Positions 40,910 through 54,942 of a DNA stretch of 64,000 nt are shown here, in pieces. The notes below the pieces were generated by a model. The model made no database searches. It worked only from the letters and a program-made list of their open reading frames with translations, and was not told the DNA's origin. Each line of letters begins with the position of its first letter. Positions within the stretch are counted from its first letter, which is position 1. The stretch is from the NCBI GenBank assembly GCA_964247055.1, contig OZ176055.1, positions 6,572,001 to 6,636,000 of the forward strand, given 5' to 3'. Position numbers and translations under genes: made by a program. Origin of the DNA: Paragordius varius. Its lineage: Eukaryota; Animalia; Nematomorpha.

Positions 40910-42140
40910 TTAATCATCTTTAGTTGGGGGCACAGTGGTGAAAATAGTTTCATTCTTAAAGTTAGTACATCCATGGCATTCGTATGAATCAGCGTAAGGC
41001 CGGCATATTCGGCACACTACATAATTGTTGGCGTTTTTTGTAAAAATTAGCCCTACTGAAAACCAACCTGGGTTATAGTCTAAAATTGATAAATAAAAAA
41101 AATTAGTAATATTTATATGTAAATTTATACAAACGCCAGTCTTGGGGTCAAAGAGGCTTTCTGAATAGGGGTTTAAATAAAAATGTAGTGTGCAATTAGA
41201 TCTGAAAAGACAACGAAAACGAAATACAGTTATTTCCAAAATTAAAATTATTAATGTATTCCTGTTAGAAGTCAATTTTTCGTTGCAATATTTGAATTTT
41301 GTCAATAGTATGACAGTTTTCCAAAAATTACCACGGCAAAAAGCATTTTAATTTTGAAGCTGAAAATGACTTGAAATTAAAGATAAACCGGTTTTTTTGC
41401 ATTGATCGTTAAAAATAAATTCTAAAGAACAAAATCTCTTGAAAACGTGGACATTAGTTCATCCCCAATTATTAAGTATTTTACATAATGTATAAAATAT
41501 AGGAGTTCCTAACCAAGTTAATTACCTTAGTATTTGTACATAATTTTATATATTTAACAAGTGATTGATTAAACGCATGATAAAATCCATTAATGGTGTT
41601 TTTGACCAAAGTAAGAGTAAGAATTTATTTTTAAAATTTAATATTAGTCGGATTTATAAAGTAACGTTATAAGATTCAAGCAATGGATGGCTTCTTTAAA
41701 AAATTAACAATAATGGAACTAACCATGTACTACCATGAAAAAGTTGTAGGTACCAAAACCATCGTATATTTTCCCTTTGATGATTGGAATGTATTTTACG
41801 CGATATATTTCATTTGTTCGAACTCTAAATTTTGGTGATAATTGCCGATCCTCCTATTATTATAAATAATATATATGAATGATGGGGGGCATTATCTTAA
41901 AAAATTGGGGGTCGAGAACTATAAGACAAATAAATGTCAAAAGACGCCCAGTTATTGACATTTAGCTTACAACTTTCATAGAGCAAAATGCCGACCCTGA
42001 GATTTTTAAGGTATATTCTTATCTTAAAGTTATATTACAATCGTACTATCCAATCGACTCAATTAATATTTGATTTTGTTAAATTTTGTTAGAGGAATAA
42101 AAAAGTCTATCATAATTCATAATTTCACAACAAATATCAT

Positions 42141-42182
<42 letters not shown>

Positions 42183-45100
42183 AACTAAAATATATTAGCA
42201 TATTCAAATCAAATACGACAAATCGTGTATTTATCAAACGTATCAGCAAAATATTACCCTAGGCTTGTATACACGGGTAAAATCTTTAAAAATTATAATT
42301 ACATCTATTATATATAATATAAATTTATAAAATATGGCCGAAGCTTATCCGATAATTTTGGTATTTTACAATCTTAAGAGAATCCTAAAAACGCCATTTG
42401 TAATAAAATAGTAGAGTTTTGTTTTAACCTATTTTTAAAGGTAAAATATGATAATAAGCTGTTTAGCCCATTTTGATTATTGGCATTTATTTCTCATATA
42501 CCCCTCGACCTAGTTTTTTCGCTCCCAAAGGGTCAATTTAAAAAATGTAACTACAGATTTTAATATTCATCAATACTTAATTTGAGTTATTACAAAGGTA
42601 TGTTTATTACGCTATTGATTTAATTTTCATGGATGTATTGTATTGAAAAGAAATTTATAATTTGATTAATTAATCAAATAAAAAATTTTCTTAACTATTC
42701 AATTTTTTGGAGAAAATTTGTTAAGAAAGAAATTCAAATAGTTTTCCACTAAATTTAAGATTAGCATATATGAAAAAAACATGTTAAAAAAGAGACCTTT
42801 TTTAAAAAGATGAAAATCTTATATATTTAGCTTTAGAGCTTCAACCAATGACTCAACCGAAAGTTGTCATTTGACAAATTTAAAGAAAACATGTGTCCCT
42901 GATATCCAGTTCGTAAGATTGTTAAAATTCTTTGACGGGGACACGCGGCTCTCCGCAACAATTTGTGCTGCCCGCGTTTAAAATATAACAAATGAAATGA
43001 GAATTCTAAAATTTTTCAAATATAATATTGACGAAATCTAGATGCAAAATTTAATATCATGATTTCACTTTAAAAGCAATAGTAGAACCGCAGCCATAAA
43101 AGTGCTTGTGACCCTGGATTGGAATTTTTTAGTTTCTTAGAAATATTAATTTTATTTTTTGGTATATCCGTTTGATTCGGTATTTTCTCAATCATAAATT
43201 TGATTTAGAAGGAAACTTTTCTTTTTTTCTTTGAGCCTAATGCTCTGTTTTAATCAGACGCATATTATTATAGAATTTATCGCAATGTATTGAGTTTTCA
43301 CACTATCAATAATAGGCTAAAATTATTATTATTGTTTTGTTCGACTCGACATATTTACAAATAAAAATGAAATCTATTAAAAGACGATAGGTATAGAAGG
43401 GTTGTGCATTTGACTGCTTTTTTAAAAAAGTCCGGTCAGACCCAGTCAGACCATGGTCATGATTTTACTTAACTATATATAATGTATTGGATTGTGGATC
43501 TTCATATAAGCTTTTATTACTGGATATTTCAAATAAAATTTTACCTAATTTGTTTAACAACTTTCTTTCATCATTAAAATATCCAATTATAAAATGTTTT
43601 TTCATTTTATTGATTCACATATATGGAATAACCGCATATTTTGCAAAGTGCTTGTTTGTTTTTCGAAATAACTGGATAAATGCTAATGTTATAAGGACAC
43701 ATGTTTAACAATTTTATACTGTCAAATAAGCATATTTAAATATTTAATTTTATATTTTTTAGAAAATATATAAAAAAAAATAAAATATTACTATCTCTCT
43801 TCCCAATTTATTAGCAATTTTTCAAAAAACAGCTTTTTAAATGACCATGGTCAAAAAATAAATGGTCAGTACAACCCTAGATACGACGTTAGATTCTTGT
43901 TATAATAATCAAATTTATAAAAATATTCGTTAATATTTATATATGTCCATTTTCTGGAAGATGTTAATCAAAATAACTGTGTATACGCCGTAAAAATTTG
44001 GTATAATTATTAAGTTTTTAAGTGCCTGATAAAAAACTATGCAATGCTTGTCGAAATTAAATTGTGGTCAAAATAATTTCTTTGCCTTTACAAAATTTTG
44101 ATGAGTACCATCCTTTTGAAAGAGTCATTTTTAAGTGTCCTGTCTTAATTTATTCAGAAAAATCATATTTATTGATTCGATTTCTCAAATACTATTGAAT
44201 GTTCAGTAAATGGTTTAATATTGGATCATCAAACATTTATAGATTCAATTTTAATATGGCACACGGCTCTTTGGGTTTTTAATTTTTTAAATCCTGCCCA
44301 CCGTTTTTTTAACCAAAAATACAGCTTGTGTATCCATTTGGCACGTCCAATGAACCTTTAAAGTTTTAGATACTCAACTAAAATCATTTATTTTGCCAAA
44401 AGACTATATTTTTCAAAATTAATTTCGGCAATAAACTATTTATAGTTAAAGATATTTTAAAATTAAAAGCAAATTATCTTATATTACTTTATAAAGAGAA
44501 GTAATCTTTCCAGTTTGAAGCCGTTTAAACTTTAAGAGAAATTTATTTTGCAGAGAGTTTCTAAATGCTAATGATGTGTAAAGTTCTGATCCTTCCGTTG
44601 AAAATTTGAATGTAATGTCTGATGGTTTCACATAAAGTTCTAGAATATATTTATATAGGTATGCGAAACAAAACTGTTCAATTATTATTTTCTGTCAGTT
44701 TCCGAATTTTAAATCCACGTTTAATAGATTCATTTCAACTATGTAATCATTATTTAAAATAACTTAAGGTTATAAAGTCGCGATAGAGTGCTACTTTTTG
44801 AAAAATTATGTTTATTTTACTATGTAAATTATATTGAACCAAGAATTCATTATATGTAACGTATTTATTTAGATTCAAGGCGGTGATGAAAATAAGTTGA
44901 CACAGAGAGGCTTAACGGTGAAGGTGGTAATAAGGTGGCCTTTGTGTTCTGCCGATTTCTCTTGATGAATTGAGTATTCCAATAACGGTTGCACTTCCTA
45001 AATTAGAGGTGCCCAACACGCTGTTCTCCTAAATACTTCTGCGGCTCATGAATTTCAAAAAAATACGAAATCTAACAAAAAATTATTTTTAAAAACAAAT

Positions 45101-47450
45101 TTTCTGATAAATATACCTTAGGTCTAAAATGAAATAAATGTGCAACCATATATTTTCAAATGCGGCCCGCGATGAGTAAAAAAAACATCATGGTAATAGT
45201 TATATTCTGATAGAAGTATGAATTAAGATCATCATAGTGCGCTTGGTTGTGTCTTACGTTTGAACTTTTGTGGCAGTTGCGTATCGAAAAATAGCAAATT
45301 TTGAACATATAAATACAACATGTTTTATTCCAAAAAATATTAGTATGCATTAACTATATAAAAAAATAAGAAAACAATATTTAAGTTTTGATTTTTAGAT
45401 GTGGGCTTCCAAAGTCTTTAATTTTAGGACTCCTGTAATATGGCTGGTTGTCTTAAACTCAAAAATGCCGATATTGTGGGAATTAAATGTAATATGTTTT
45501 AAATTACATCAAAAAATGTTTTTCTCGAAAAAATGGTTTTGTTGTTCAAAAATTTAATTTAAAGTAAAACTTTGGTCATCCTTTTTTGATGCTATGTGTA
45601 AACGGTATTTTAGATATTATCATAACACACTTACCCTATAAAATTCAATACTGATGCTTAACATTTCTATAACCCAAAATTTTTACTAAAAGATTAGCTA
45701 ATTTGTTAAATTTTTAAATCAAACTGATGTCATACAATTGATTAGAATCATCAAATTATATGAAAAGTTCTAGGATAATTATAATAGCTAGAAGTTTAAA
45801 CACCATGCTTCAAACCTTTAAACTAAAACCGAAATTTTGTCAAAAATCAGATTTTAAGTATAATACTCATTTAGGGAAAACTCTTTTGATGTTAAAATTT
45901 AGGGTATTATTAAAATTTTTATCGCGCAGTATCTGCATTTTTGCGTTTATTTTAAAGAAAATGACCATTTTATACGGGTAAATGAATTTGATTGGAGCTG
46001 ATATTTATATAATTTTGTAAAAATATTGTCTTGCTTTTTATAAATAGTTTAATGTATATTTTAATGAATTTTTTGGATTGAAGCTAGATTTCACCAAAAA
46101 ATTTTATTTGGCAAAATGTGCGCGATGCCATTTTCCAACGTGATTTATATATCACAATATATATATTTTCATAAGGATATCTCTTTGTGTGAACTGTGGT
46201 CCACTCCAGCATGTTTAACATGTTTTAATCGATGGAGCCGGCTCACCATATGTTTCTACCTGCAAACGATGACTTTCTACAGCCCTTTTCTTCTAATAAA
46301 ATGAGAAAACCTATGCGTGCCGAAAATGTTCTTTTTTAGGCACAAAATTTGACATTTACATAAGACGATAGCTTTTGACGAACTCAAATTGTGGTGTATG
46401 TAAGGTGAACAAAATGTGGTCTGTTTCAAATAAATTTTCGCCTTTTGCTTATGTTTTTCCTAGAGTTAAACAAATGATGACTAAACCTTTTCACATTATT
46501 GCAATTATAAATTTGCTGTAAATTGAAACGGAGGGATTGTATATAATTTATATTATTTTAGGGTGTTAATCTATTTAAGATTTAAAGAATCTACTGATTT
46601 AAATATAAATTCAATGTATTTAAGAAGGAACGATCCAAAAATAATCGAAAATATGATAAATGTAGCTAACTATGAACACTGACCTATGGAAGAAGTTATA
46701 TTTGGCATGTATGAATCATTTACGTTGCACCATTCAGTATCATTGCAACATACTATGCTATTCAAATGTAAATACGCAATATCCATATTATTTTTTCGGC
46801 AAATATTTAGCCCATACATACACCTATGCATATTATATTTTTTACATATAGGAAATGCATATTTGCTTTGTAATGATTAGCTCAGATTATTTTGCTAATC
46901 AATTAGAGTAACTAACAATAGTTATAACATAATGTCTAATATTCTAACTTTGTAAAAATGAATCCGTTTTTATAATGATTATAAAAATAATGGGATAATT
47001 TATAATAGGGAGTTTTTTAAACCATTAATTTTTATATAATGTGTAAGTTAATCCTAAGTACCAAAAATACCAGTGCTTTCGATACAAACTACATTTTAAA
47101 AAAGCCTTTAAACGTAAAGTCTTTCCGTAAGAGCAAATAACTTACTATTTTTCATAACATCCAAAAATTAAAAGTAATTAAACGATTCCTATTTTATGTC
47201 AAAAATATTTAAAGCACAGATCTAATTCACCAATCATGATTCGACAATATACCCATATCTTTGATGACCCGAGTTATCTGTGCCATTGAAACAACTGCCA
47301 TTCGTGACAATGCATTGTCGCTGATAACAGTGTCGGCAATAACATTTCTCTAAAAAAATAATTATGTTTTAAACATTTACTTTTAATGGCATTAGTTATG
47401 ACTGTGAAAGTTATCATCAATAAAATCAACTCGAATAGTAATCTATTCAT
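40910..47450 (-). CDS. Paralogue A: secreted type I TGF-beta/BMP receptor-like ectodomain + FN3-like + CxxC-x8-CxxC protein (252 aa)
   Basis: Exons 47450-47381, 47349-47253, 46823-46684, 44639-44488, 41853-41724 and 41079-40910, all GT-AG, phases 1-2-1-0-1, open throughout (759 nt). Signal peptide MNRLLFELILLMITFTVITNA. Ten-Cys ectodomain KCYCRHCYQRQCIVTNGSCF...YGCMYGLNIC...IVCCNDTEWCN. FN3-like F strand EIYRVKYIP. Terminal YNPGWF...CRICRPYADSYECHGC. Extra exons in the long introns cannot be excluded. Confidence 0.8.
43397..43879. mobile_element. hAT-type MITE (TAGGGTTGT TIR family) in intron 4 of paralogue A
   Basis: Ends AGGGTTGTGCA / GTACAACCCTA. The body is an inverted homologue of 53823-54506; the TSD is degenerate. 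Confidence 0.7.
45391..46010. repeat. Dispersed repeat related to 37586-38006, in intron 3 of paralogue A
   Basis: Both ends match sequence at 37921-38000 and form a loose inverted pair. Confidence 0.35.
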
Positions 47451-48786
47451 CACGATCGCATGCAATATTTATTTTTTAAAAATTAAAGGAATAGATTTGA
47501 ACTAATAAAAATCGTTAAACTTTAAACTTTTTATTCAGCATAAAATTGACCTTAAAGCGATGAAACAAGCATAGATATTAACATATTGTCAGTTTGTATT
47601 TTTGAGCAAATAATACATTTTACATTATTATATACCAGAGGGAATATTAGGCATAGAGGCTATTATACTTATTTAAACTCAATTTTTTTTACTCATTATA
47701 AAAATAGTGTGTAATTATCACTACTCCCCTGTTAGTGAATTAGGCCATCTTGATTGATAAGTCTTAATTTATTAAGGATGATAGAATTTCACCTTTTATA
47801 TTAAAGAATAATGATTTAAATATTATCAGGACTTGTGAAAGATTTTACACTCCCCTACTCAGGGCTGACAATGATGATGGAAAAAGTGCGTAACTTTGGG
47901 TTCAAACTCTGGCACACAGTGTAAGATTCCGGCTACCTATTATATCATCCGCCTTATAAATTATAATAGATAATAAAATGGGCATTTAAATTAATATTAA
48001 ATTAGGTAATGTTCCGAAAATTTATTACCAAATGAAGCCAAACGGACACTAAAACCATTTTGATTAATTCAGGGAATCAACTGTCGTTTAATCATAGAGT
48101 AAGTGTATTTAGTGGGTCACTAATGTTAAAGGGAATCAAAGTATCATATAGATTGAGGAGGTTCATTCAGAAAAAAAAATTGGGGGTAAGCATCAGAGAA
48201 TAAATGTAAAAACCGGAAAGCGCAAAACATCTGATCATAACAATTTAGTTTTAGGATATTTTTTAATTTGAATTTTGGGAGTGAAACTTATATTTTATAT
48301 TACATTCCAGTTTTCTTAGATTTTATTAGAAAAAACTAGAAAAATATTTAGGTCTGATTTTTCATACTCTGATAACCCGTATAATCTAATATTTAAAATG
48401 ATTTCATGACACTTTTGCGTTTAAAAAAAATTATTTTGGACACACTAAAATATAGAAGCTATTTTAATACAGAATTATCTATCGTAAAGGCCATTTAAAT
48501 ACAATCCAAATCGTTAAAAATACTATCCAAGTGATTTAAAAAATACCGCCCTAAAACATGTTGGATAGATGATCAATCAGTGACCAAGGTCACATTCCTC
48601 ATATACCTTGGGAAGTTCAAAATGGTAAAAAATATAAAATTAAAGCTAGAATCCCTAAGATTCTAGCTTATAAAAAAAATATTAAATTAAGTGACTATTT
48701 ATATAAAGTAGGGTGAGTACTGATATTTAATAATGGCATTTAGGAAAAGCAAATTTTTGACCCCAAATTTATTTATTCTACAATAT

Positions 48787-49956
48787 TTATATTAAAGTCT
48801 CATAAATAAATTTTTCAGTAAATAAATCATTGAAAGATTTGCATGAGCTACATCTTGGATATGAATGGCTTGAATTGCATTGTTTACAGAAAACATAGGT
48901 GTTCTGCAGAAATTCTATTGTTAAATTACTGTTTCCAAACCAATCTGGTTGATATTCTATATAAATTATAAACAAAAATGGTTTATTTTTAAACGATGAT
49001 ACTCCAGTGCCCACAAACTGCGTTATGCCCTAGTTTTTTATGGCTCTAATTAGTAAATTAGATGTATATGTTTTGGGTATAAATATCTGCAAATGTGTGA
49101 AACAGCTAAGAAATTTTTATCGGTATATGGTGCGCGGCCCTTAAAGCAAGATAAATATTTTTGCGGGCCCTGGTTTTTTTGGCTAATAACAATGGGCTAT
49201 GCAGATTAACCATGGTTTTACATATAACTAATGGTGTAACTGATTGAATGTTCCGATATTTAAACAAAAAATGAAAAATTATTAAAAACATTTATTAAAT
49301 TGTTATTTATATAATAATTGTTTTTATTTCAATTTAATTTTAGCAGGAATGATTTTTGTTAACCCTAGGCCAATTGCAAAATCAGATAAGGCTGACGTGT
49401 TAGCATCAATTTCTTATAAAACAATTAAGCAACCTCCAAATAATCATAAAGAACAATTTTTTAATTTTTTTATTCTTAATCCAATGCATAAATAAAATAA
49501 AAATTCACAAAATCTCTCCTATTACATAAATAGTAAACCATGGTAATTTTTTAATCTGACACCTTCCAAAATATATTAGGACCTTTAAAATCACAAGTAA
49601 AGATTATTTAAAATTATTCTTTAATATGATAATTAAAATTTATTTTTATGGACCCATCGCTAACAGAGTAAGGGTCTGAATTCTGAAAACAGCTTAAACC
49701 ATACGAAATACCGAAAATCAGAAACCGGAACCGCGGCTTTTTATCGTTTTGATATTGGTTTTAAGTTTAGGCCCCAGTCAGCCATAATATATGTGTATGG
49801 TCAAAAAAGTATTTAAACTTACTGTTTAATTGTATAAAGTAAAAATCTGTCGATATATTTTGAAATTCCACATCCTTAAGCGTTGGAACAATTTTGATAC
49901 GATATAAAACATTTATGGCAAAACTTTGCCCGAGTCCATATGTGGCCTATAAATAA

Positions 49957-49999
<43 letters not shown>

Positions 50000-51302
50000 T
50001 TAAATGATAGAAATACGATGATCAACATATAATACACCTAATAACATTTAGGTAACGGAATTTTTACATAAAACCTCAAAATATTTATTATATTGAATGT
50101 AATATTTGCTTTGTATTAACTTTTAAGGAAAATTATTCTAAATTATATATAAAACTAATTGAGTATTTTAAGACATGACCACTGATGTTTTTCGGGTTCT
50201 TATCAGCGGCTAACTAATGCTTTTAAAGTTTCTCTCAAATGTTTAACGCCTTCTAATTAATTTGCCTTTTATCTCAAAACTTGGAGATACAAAACCCACA
50301 TCTACACTGTATTTTAAACCAGCTTTTAGAACTGTGTTAAAATACAATAAAGTTCACCATTATGGCGACAAAAACGATAACTTTCTCCTCTAATATTAAT
50401 TTTTTAACTGTATATACAAAAATATACAATAAGTTTATCAAGCGATCCTAAAAATGCAAATGAAACCTTTATCGGCATATGAATGGTTGAATGCATCGGC
50501 GCAAAATATATGTTCTTTTCGCTTGCTACAGCATTATGAAAATCGATTCGTAGAAAGGGCCCATTTACATGCTCCACAAGGTAGGCCACAACATTCCTTA
50601 TACCAAAGATTACATCTAAAATAAATATAAAATGACGGGTCGGATTATGTATAAAATTTAATTTAATTGAATAACCTAATATAAAATGTAAGTAAAGTTA
50701 GTAAGGTAATTTTGTAATTTAATGCAAATTCGTTTTCGTTTAATCCAATCCCCTAATCAAAACGATGGTAAGACATTAAGTGACCCAAAGATTAAAATTT
50801 TATATATTTTATCAGACGGCACAGAATTTGGCTTTTAGCCAAAAAGACACTTAAAGATTTAATTTTGTGAAATTCAGATTTAATATTTGATTATTCCCAC
50901 TTGAATTCAATCACATATCATATATTAACAAGGTTTACTTAAGACATCATAAGACAATGATGTCACATCCACATTACATAAATCCGTTTGACATAAATTA
51001 AAAGTGTCATTTGTGGTATTTCCTATGTCCTCTGGCCAACATCTATTATGTCACTATTTAAAAGAAAAAACTACCCATCTAGCTGAATCGATCTCACATG
51101 TTGATTAACTGTAAAACAGTACTTTTTCGCGTAACACACAAATTTTTCGCAATACGAACAGAAACAATTTGCTATAAATACATTAAGAATAGGAAAATTG
51201 AATACTCGAATTAACTACTTGTGTTGGTTTTATAGTGTAAAGTGTTCCCAAAAATATAAGGTTTATTAACAAAAAATTGATATATATTTCGAATAATTTC
51301 AT
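48787..51302 (-). CDS. Paralogue B: secreted type I receptor-like ectodomain + FN3-like + CxxC-x8-CxxC protein (246 aa)
   Basis: Exons 51302-51206, 51171-51075, 51042-50939, 50615-50467, 49946-49823 and 48956-48787, phases 1-2-1-0-1, open throughout (741 nt). Signal peptide MKLFEIYINFLLINLIFLGTLYT. Eight-Cys ectodomain CFCSYCEKFVCYAKKYCF...DGCWP...LCQTDLCN. FN3-like GIRNVVA...GPFLRIDFHN...LYRIKIVP...FYFI. Terminal YQPDWF...CKQCNSSHSYPRCSSC. Confidence 0.85.
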
Positions 51303-53822
51303 TCTTTATGAAAGCTATGCTGGTAAATGTTTTTAAAGTTGAATCACCTTATTTATTTATCGTACAGCTAGTTTTATATTTATGTATAGCAAATAGTTTG
51401 TGTGTTACCATGAAAATCATTTATGAATGTATTTATATGTTACATTGCTGAATCTTAAAATTAACTAAGATCATTAATTTTAAGTTAATTTAACCTCTAA
51501 CAAAAATTATAAGGGAAAAAATTTGTTGTTTTAAATCTCTAAAACATATATCGGTAGGGCACTGGTTTACACTATGTGGGTCGTGTGTTAGAGTTTGAAC
51601 CCCGAAACTGTAGTCAAGAGTTAAAGCTTTCACAAGTTCAAATACAATTTTAATCCTTATTTTTTGAACAAAAATAAAATAATATTTTTAAGTATAAACT
51701 GTATATGATTTATTTAAAAATAAATTGAAAATTATTGTATAATAATGTGACCAGTTAGGCTGTTTTTCGCAGTACAGTACTGGATTTTCAGAAAAAATTG
51801 CGACTGTACTGAGCCCACTTTACTGCTTTTTAAAATTAAAAAAAAATAATTTTTTTTATATATTAATTTACCTTTTATTTATTCAAAAAAACATTTTAGA
51901 ATTTGATATAGTAGCCTCTGTAAAAATAACCCCATAATTTGTAAAAAAAATGGTTCATTTTACGGTAAAAAACTAATATTGGCTTATTTTTAATGGTTAA
52001 TATTTTATTTTCTGCTCGAATTATACATAAAATTGGATTTCGAATCGGTCAAACCGCTTATGATTCAGCCTTCGCCAGTAGCGAAACTATAAATCTCGAA
52101 CTTTACCGTAAGATTCAGGCTATCTCTTTCATTAAGGGCTTCCGCAAAAAGCGGTGCCTCAAATTTAAAATTAACAAAATGAATTTATGATATTAATCAA
52201 TGTTTGATCAAGTTGAAAAAGATAATTTATTGTAATACAAACGGAAAATTATATAGAAAATTGTAATTCTTTGTTGTACTCGCTTTAAGATAACCCCTTT
52301 ATCTTAATAATTCGATGATGTTGAACATTACTATGGGTTCAAAATATTATTAAAGGTTTGTTTGCTTGCAAATTTTGGTGAATTTTTGTAAAAAAACACA
52401 ATTTTAATTAACATAAATTTGAAAAAGAACAATATTTTAAAAATTTAGGGTCAGAAAAATATATAGCATCATATAATTATATATATAAAATGTCATAACA
52501 TCATAACAGTTTATATCGTTTCCATCATGCTGAAAATAGTATGAAGTATGCTTCAACAAAATTTTTTTAAGCTTTTTTTAAAATATTTATTTTGTTGATA
52601 TCAAAATTTAGCATTATTTAAAATAATTGCACAATGTCGGAATTTTTGCGTCTTCTAGAGAACAGTCCACTTTAAAGGAGCCAGGCCCGCATCTATCAAT
52701 ATAAAATTTTTAAAAATATTGTTTTGCTTTTGACATGTTTATGTTATTGTTATGCAAATCTGGAAGATATACTTTATTTTTATATCATAATTCTATGGGT
52801 TACATGCAAATGTGAAATACATATCATAACTTTCACCGTTATTTGAATTGTATTATTTTCTATATTTTTTGTGTAATATGTAAATATTATAATCTGTGTT
52901 ACTTGAAATTTTATTGTTATAATTCAAAATATGTGCAACTTAAATTATATATAAACCCTACAAAAACCGAATAAATACAGTTCAGTTCATTTCACATTTC
53001 TTATATTATATCCTTATCTTACAAGTTAACAGTTATATTTTGATATTTTTTGAAATAAAGCATTTGGTTTTCTCCACAAAATGTATTAAAAAATTGCGCA
53101 CCTTTTGCTATTTTATACGGAGCACCTACGCCTACCACAAAAGTGTAAATAACTTTCTTTAATAACTTGTAAAAGTTAAACCAAAAGCACCATGATAATC
53201 CTGATATTTTCCTATCAGAATATATAAAAAGATATATAAATCATCATTTTTGTCGAAACCTATGTAATATACATCGATAAAAACAGGCAAAGTATGTTTT
53301 AATTTTGTACTGCGTCAAGGTTCAAAATATCTGGTCACATTACTGTATAAGCCAATAACTATCAAATTTTAATGAATCTAATAGCATCTTTATACCGTTG
53401 AAATGTATAGTATCCATAATAATCATTTTATCACATATTTTATGCCTAATTATTGTAGACAAATGCCAAAAAAACTTTGAGGATTTAAAAATTACAATAT
53501 CGTAGTATTGAAACATATATTTTTCATATTGGATTTACTATCACCTTAGAATATCTGAGCTGACATAGTTATAAATTATTTTTTGTAATATTCAAAATAG
53601 CTCACACTTAATTAAGATTAAGTTTGGCCTTAGGGCATTTAGGAACGCTATTGTGATTGTATTATAAATAAGCAGGCGAATTTTTATATCACGTGTTCAC
53701 GCATAAAATGATTGTAAATTTATAAAAATTAAAAATACAAACTTTTAAATTAAAAAATTTTCAATTTGTGAATTTGTTTATCGATAAAATTGTATTTCAA
53801 CACCTTTAACTAATGGTATATC

Positions 53823-54506
53823 TAGGGTTGTGCTGACCAAGTCATGACCCGGTCAATGACTATTTATTTTTTGACCATGGTCATTTAAAAAAAGAGCTGT
53901 TTTTTTGAAAAATTGGTGGTAAATTTTTTTTGAAAGAGAGATAGTAGGATTTTATTTTTGATATATTTTTTATTATAAATTAAATATTTAAATATGCTTA
54001 TTTAACAATTTAAAATTGTTAAACATGCATCCTTATAACATTAGCATTTAAGCATAATTTCGGAAAGCAAAACAATCAAGCACTTTGCAAAATATGCAAT
54101 TATTCCATATATGTGAATGTTACTCAAGAAAAAACATCATATAATTGGATATTAATTCATGAATGAGAGAAAGTGTAAAACAAACTAGGTAAATTTTTTT
54201 TGAAATATCCAGTATTCAAAAAATGTATTTGAAGATAGGCCACAAACATGTAGCGATCATTTTAAAACAAAATTCTTGATTAAATTTGATTGAATATATT
54301 TTTAAATATAAATGTAAAAAAATGTTTAATACAAACTTTTAAGAAAAAACATAACATTATTAGTGAAACGCAAGTGTCGTTCGAACATTATTTTTCCAAT
54401 ATCGCATGATATTTATTTAAGTAAAAAGTGGTCATGACTGTGGTCATGACCATAGTCCGACTGGGTCTGACCGGACTTTTTTGAAAAAGCAGTCGAATGC
54501 ACAATA
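53823..54506. mobile_element. hAT-type MITE (TAGGGTTGT TIR family)
   Basis: Starts TAGGGTTGTGC and ends TGCACAA---TA (3-nt deletion). It is flanked by a perfect 8-bp TSD, GGTATATC (53815-53822 and 54507-54514), and is an inverted homologue of 43397-43879. Confidence 0.85.
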
Positions 54507-54869
54507 GGTATATCCATAAATATATTTCCAACGCTGATAGAAATTGACTTGTTAAGATCATAAAGTATACGCTAAACTTATTTAGGCTTGATAATTTTAA
54601 AAGGGGGCCTTAATATTTTTTACATGAAAGGGTGTAAATATATTTATACTTATAATTTTCAGTTAATTTTTTTGTCACGCGACCTGCGAAAAATAAAGAA
54701 ATCAATAATTTGTAAAAATGCTATTATAAAATATCAGTGAAAGTGATATTTCTTAACAAATTTAAGAATAAGTCTATCTATAGCGAAATAGAAAAAATGG
54801 TTACAATGCGTTCGTATTTCACAGTTTTAAGTTTGAAATCTAATAAAATATTTTTTTATACACATATAT

Positions 54870-54942
54870 ATTTCGAATGCGGCACGCCAGAATTTTTGAG
54901 TAAGAATGCGGCCCGCCAAGCCATTTTTGTTGGAAACCCGTG
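54870..54942. mobile_element. hAT terminal fragment (CAGGGGTTTCCAAC family)
   Basis: The reverse complement CACGGGTTTCCAACAAAAATGGCTTGGCGGGCCGC matches the left end at 60038; the partner terminus was not found. Confidence 0.5.

Noticed and set aside
40910-41305. 131-aa ORF first read as a BED zinc finger / hAT transposase fragment
   Set aside because: Only 41079-40910 is conserved, as exon 6 of the paralogue family. The CxxC-x8-CxxC spacing and lack of the His pair do not fit BED.
44488-44639. MSP/VAP-domain-like reading (ELYVKPSDITF...)
   Set aside because: Its phases, length and LxFxN motif align it with exon 4 of paralogues B-D, so it is not a separate gene.
49003-49045. Extra 43-nt exon candidate in paralogue B intron 5
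   Set aside because: Its phase 0-1 is incompatible with exon 5 (ends in phase 1) without another exon I could not find, and it has no counterpart in the other copies.
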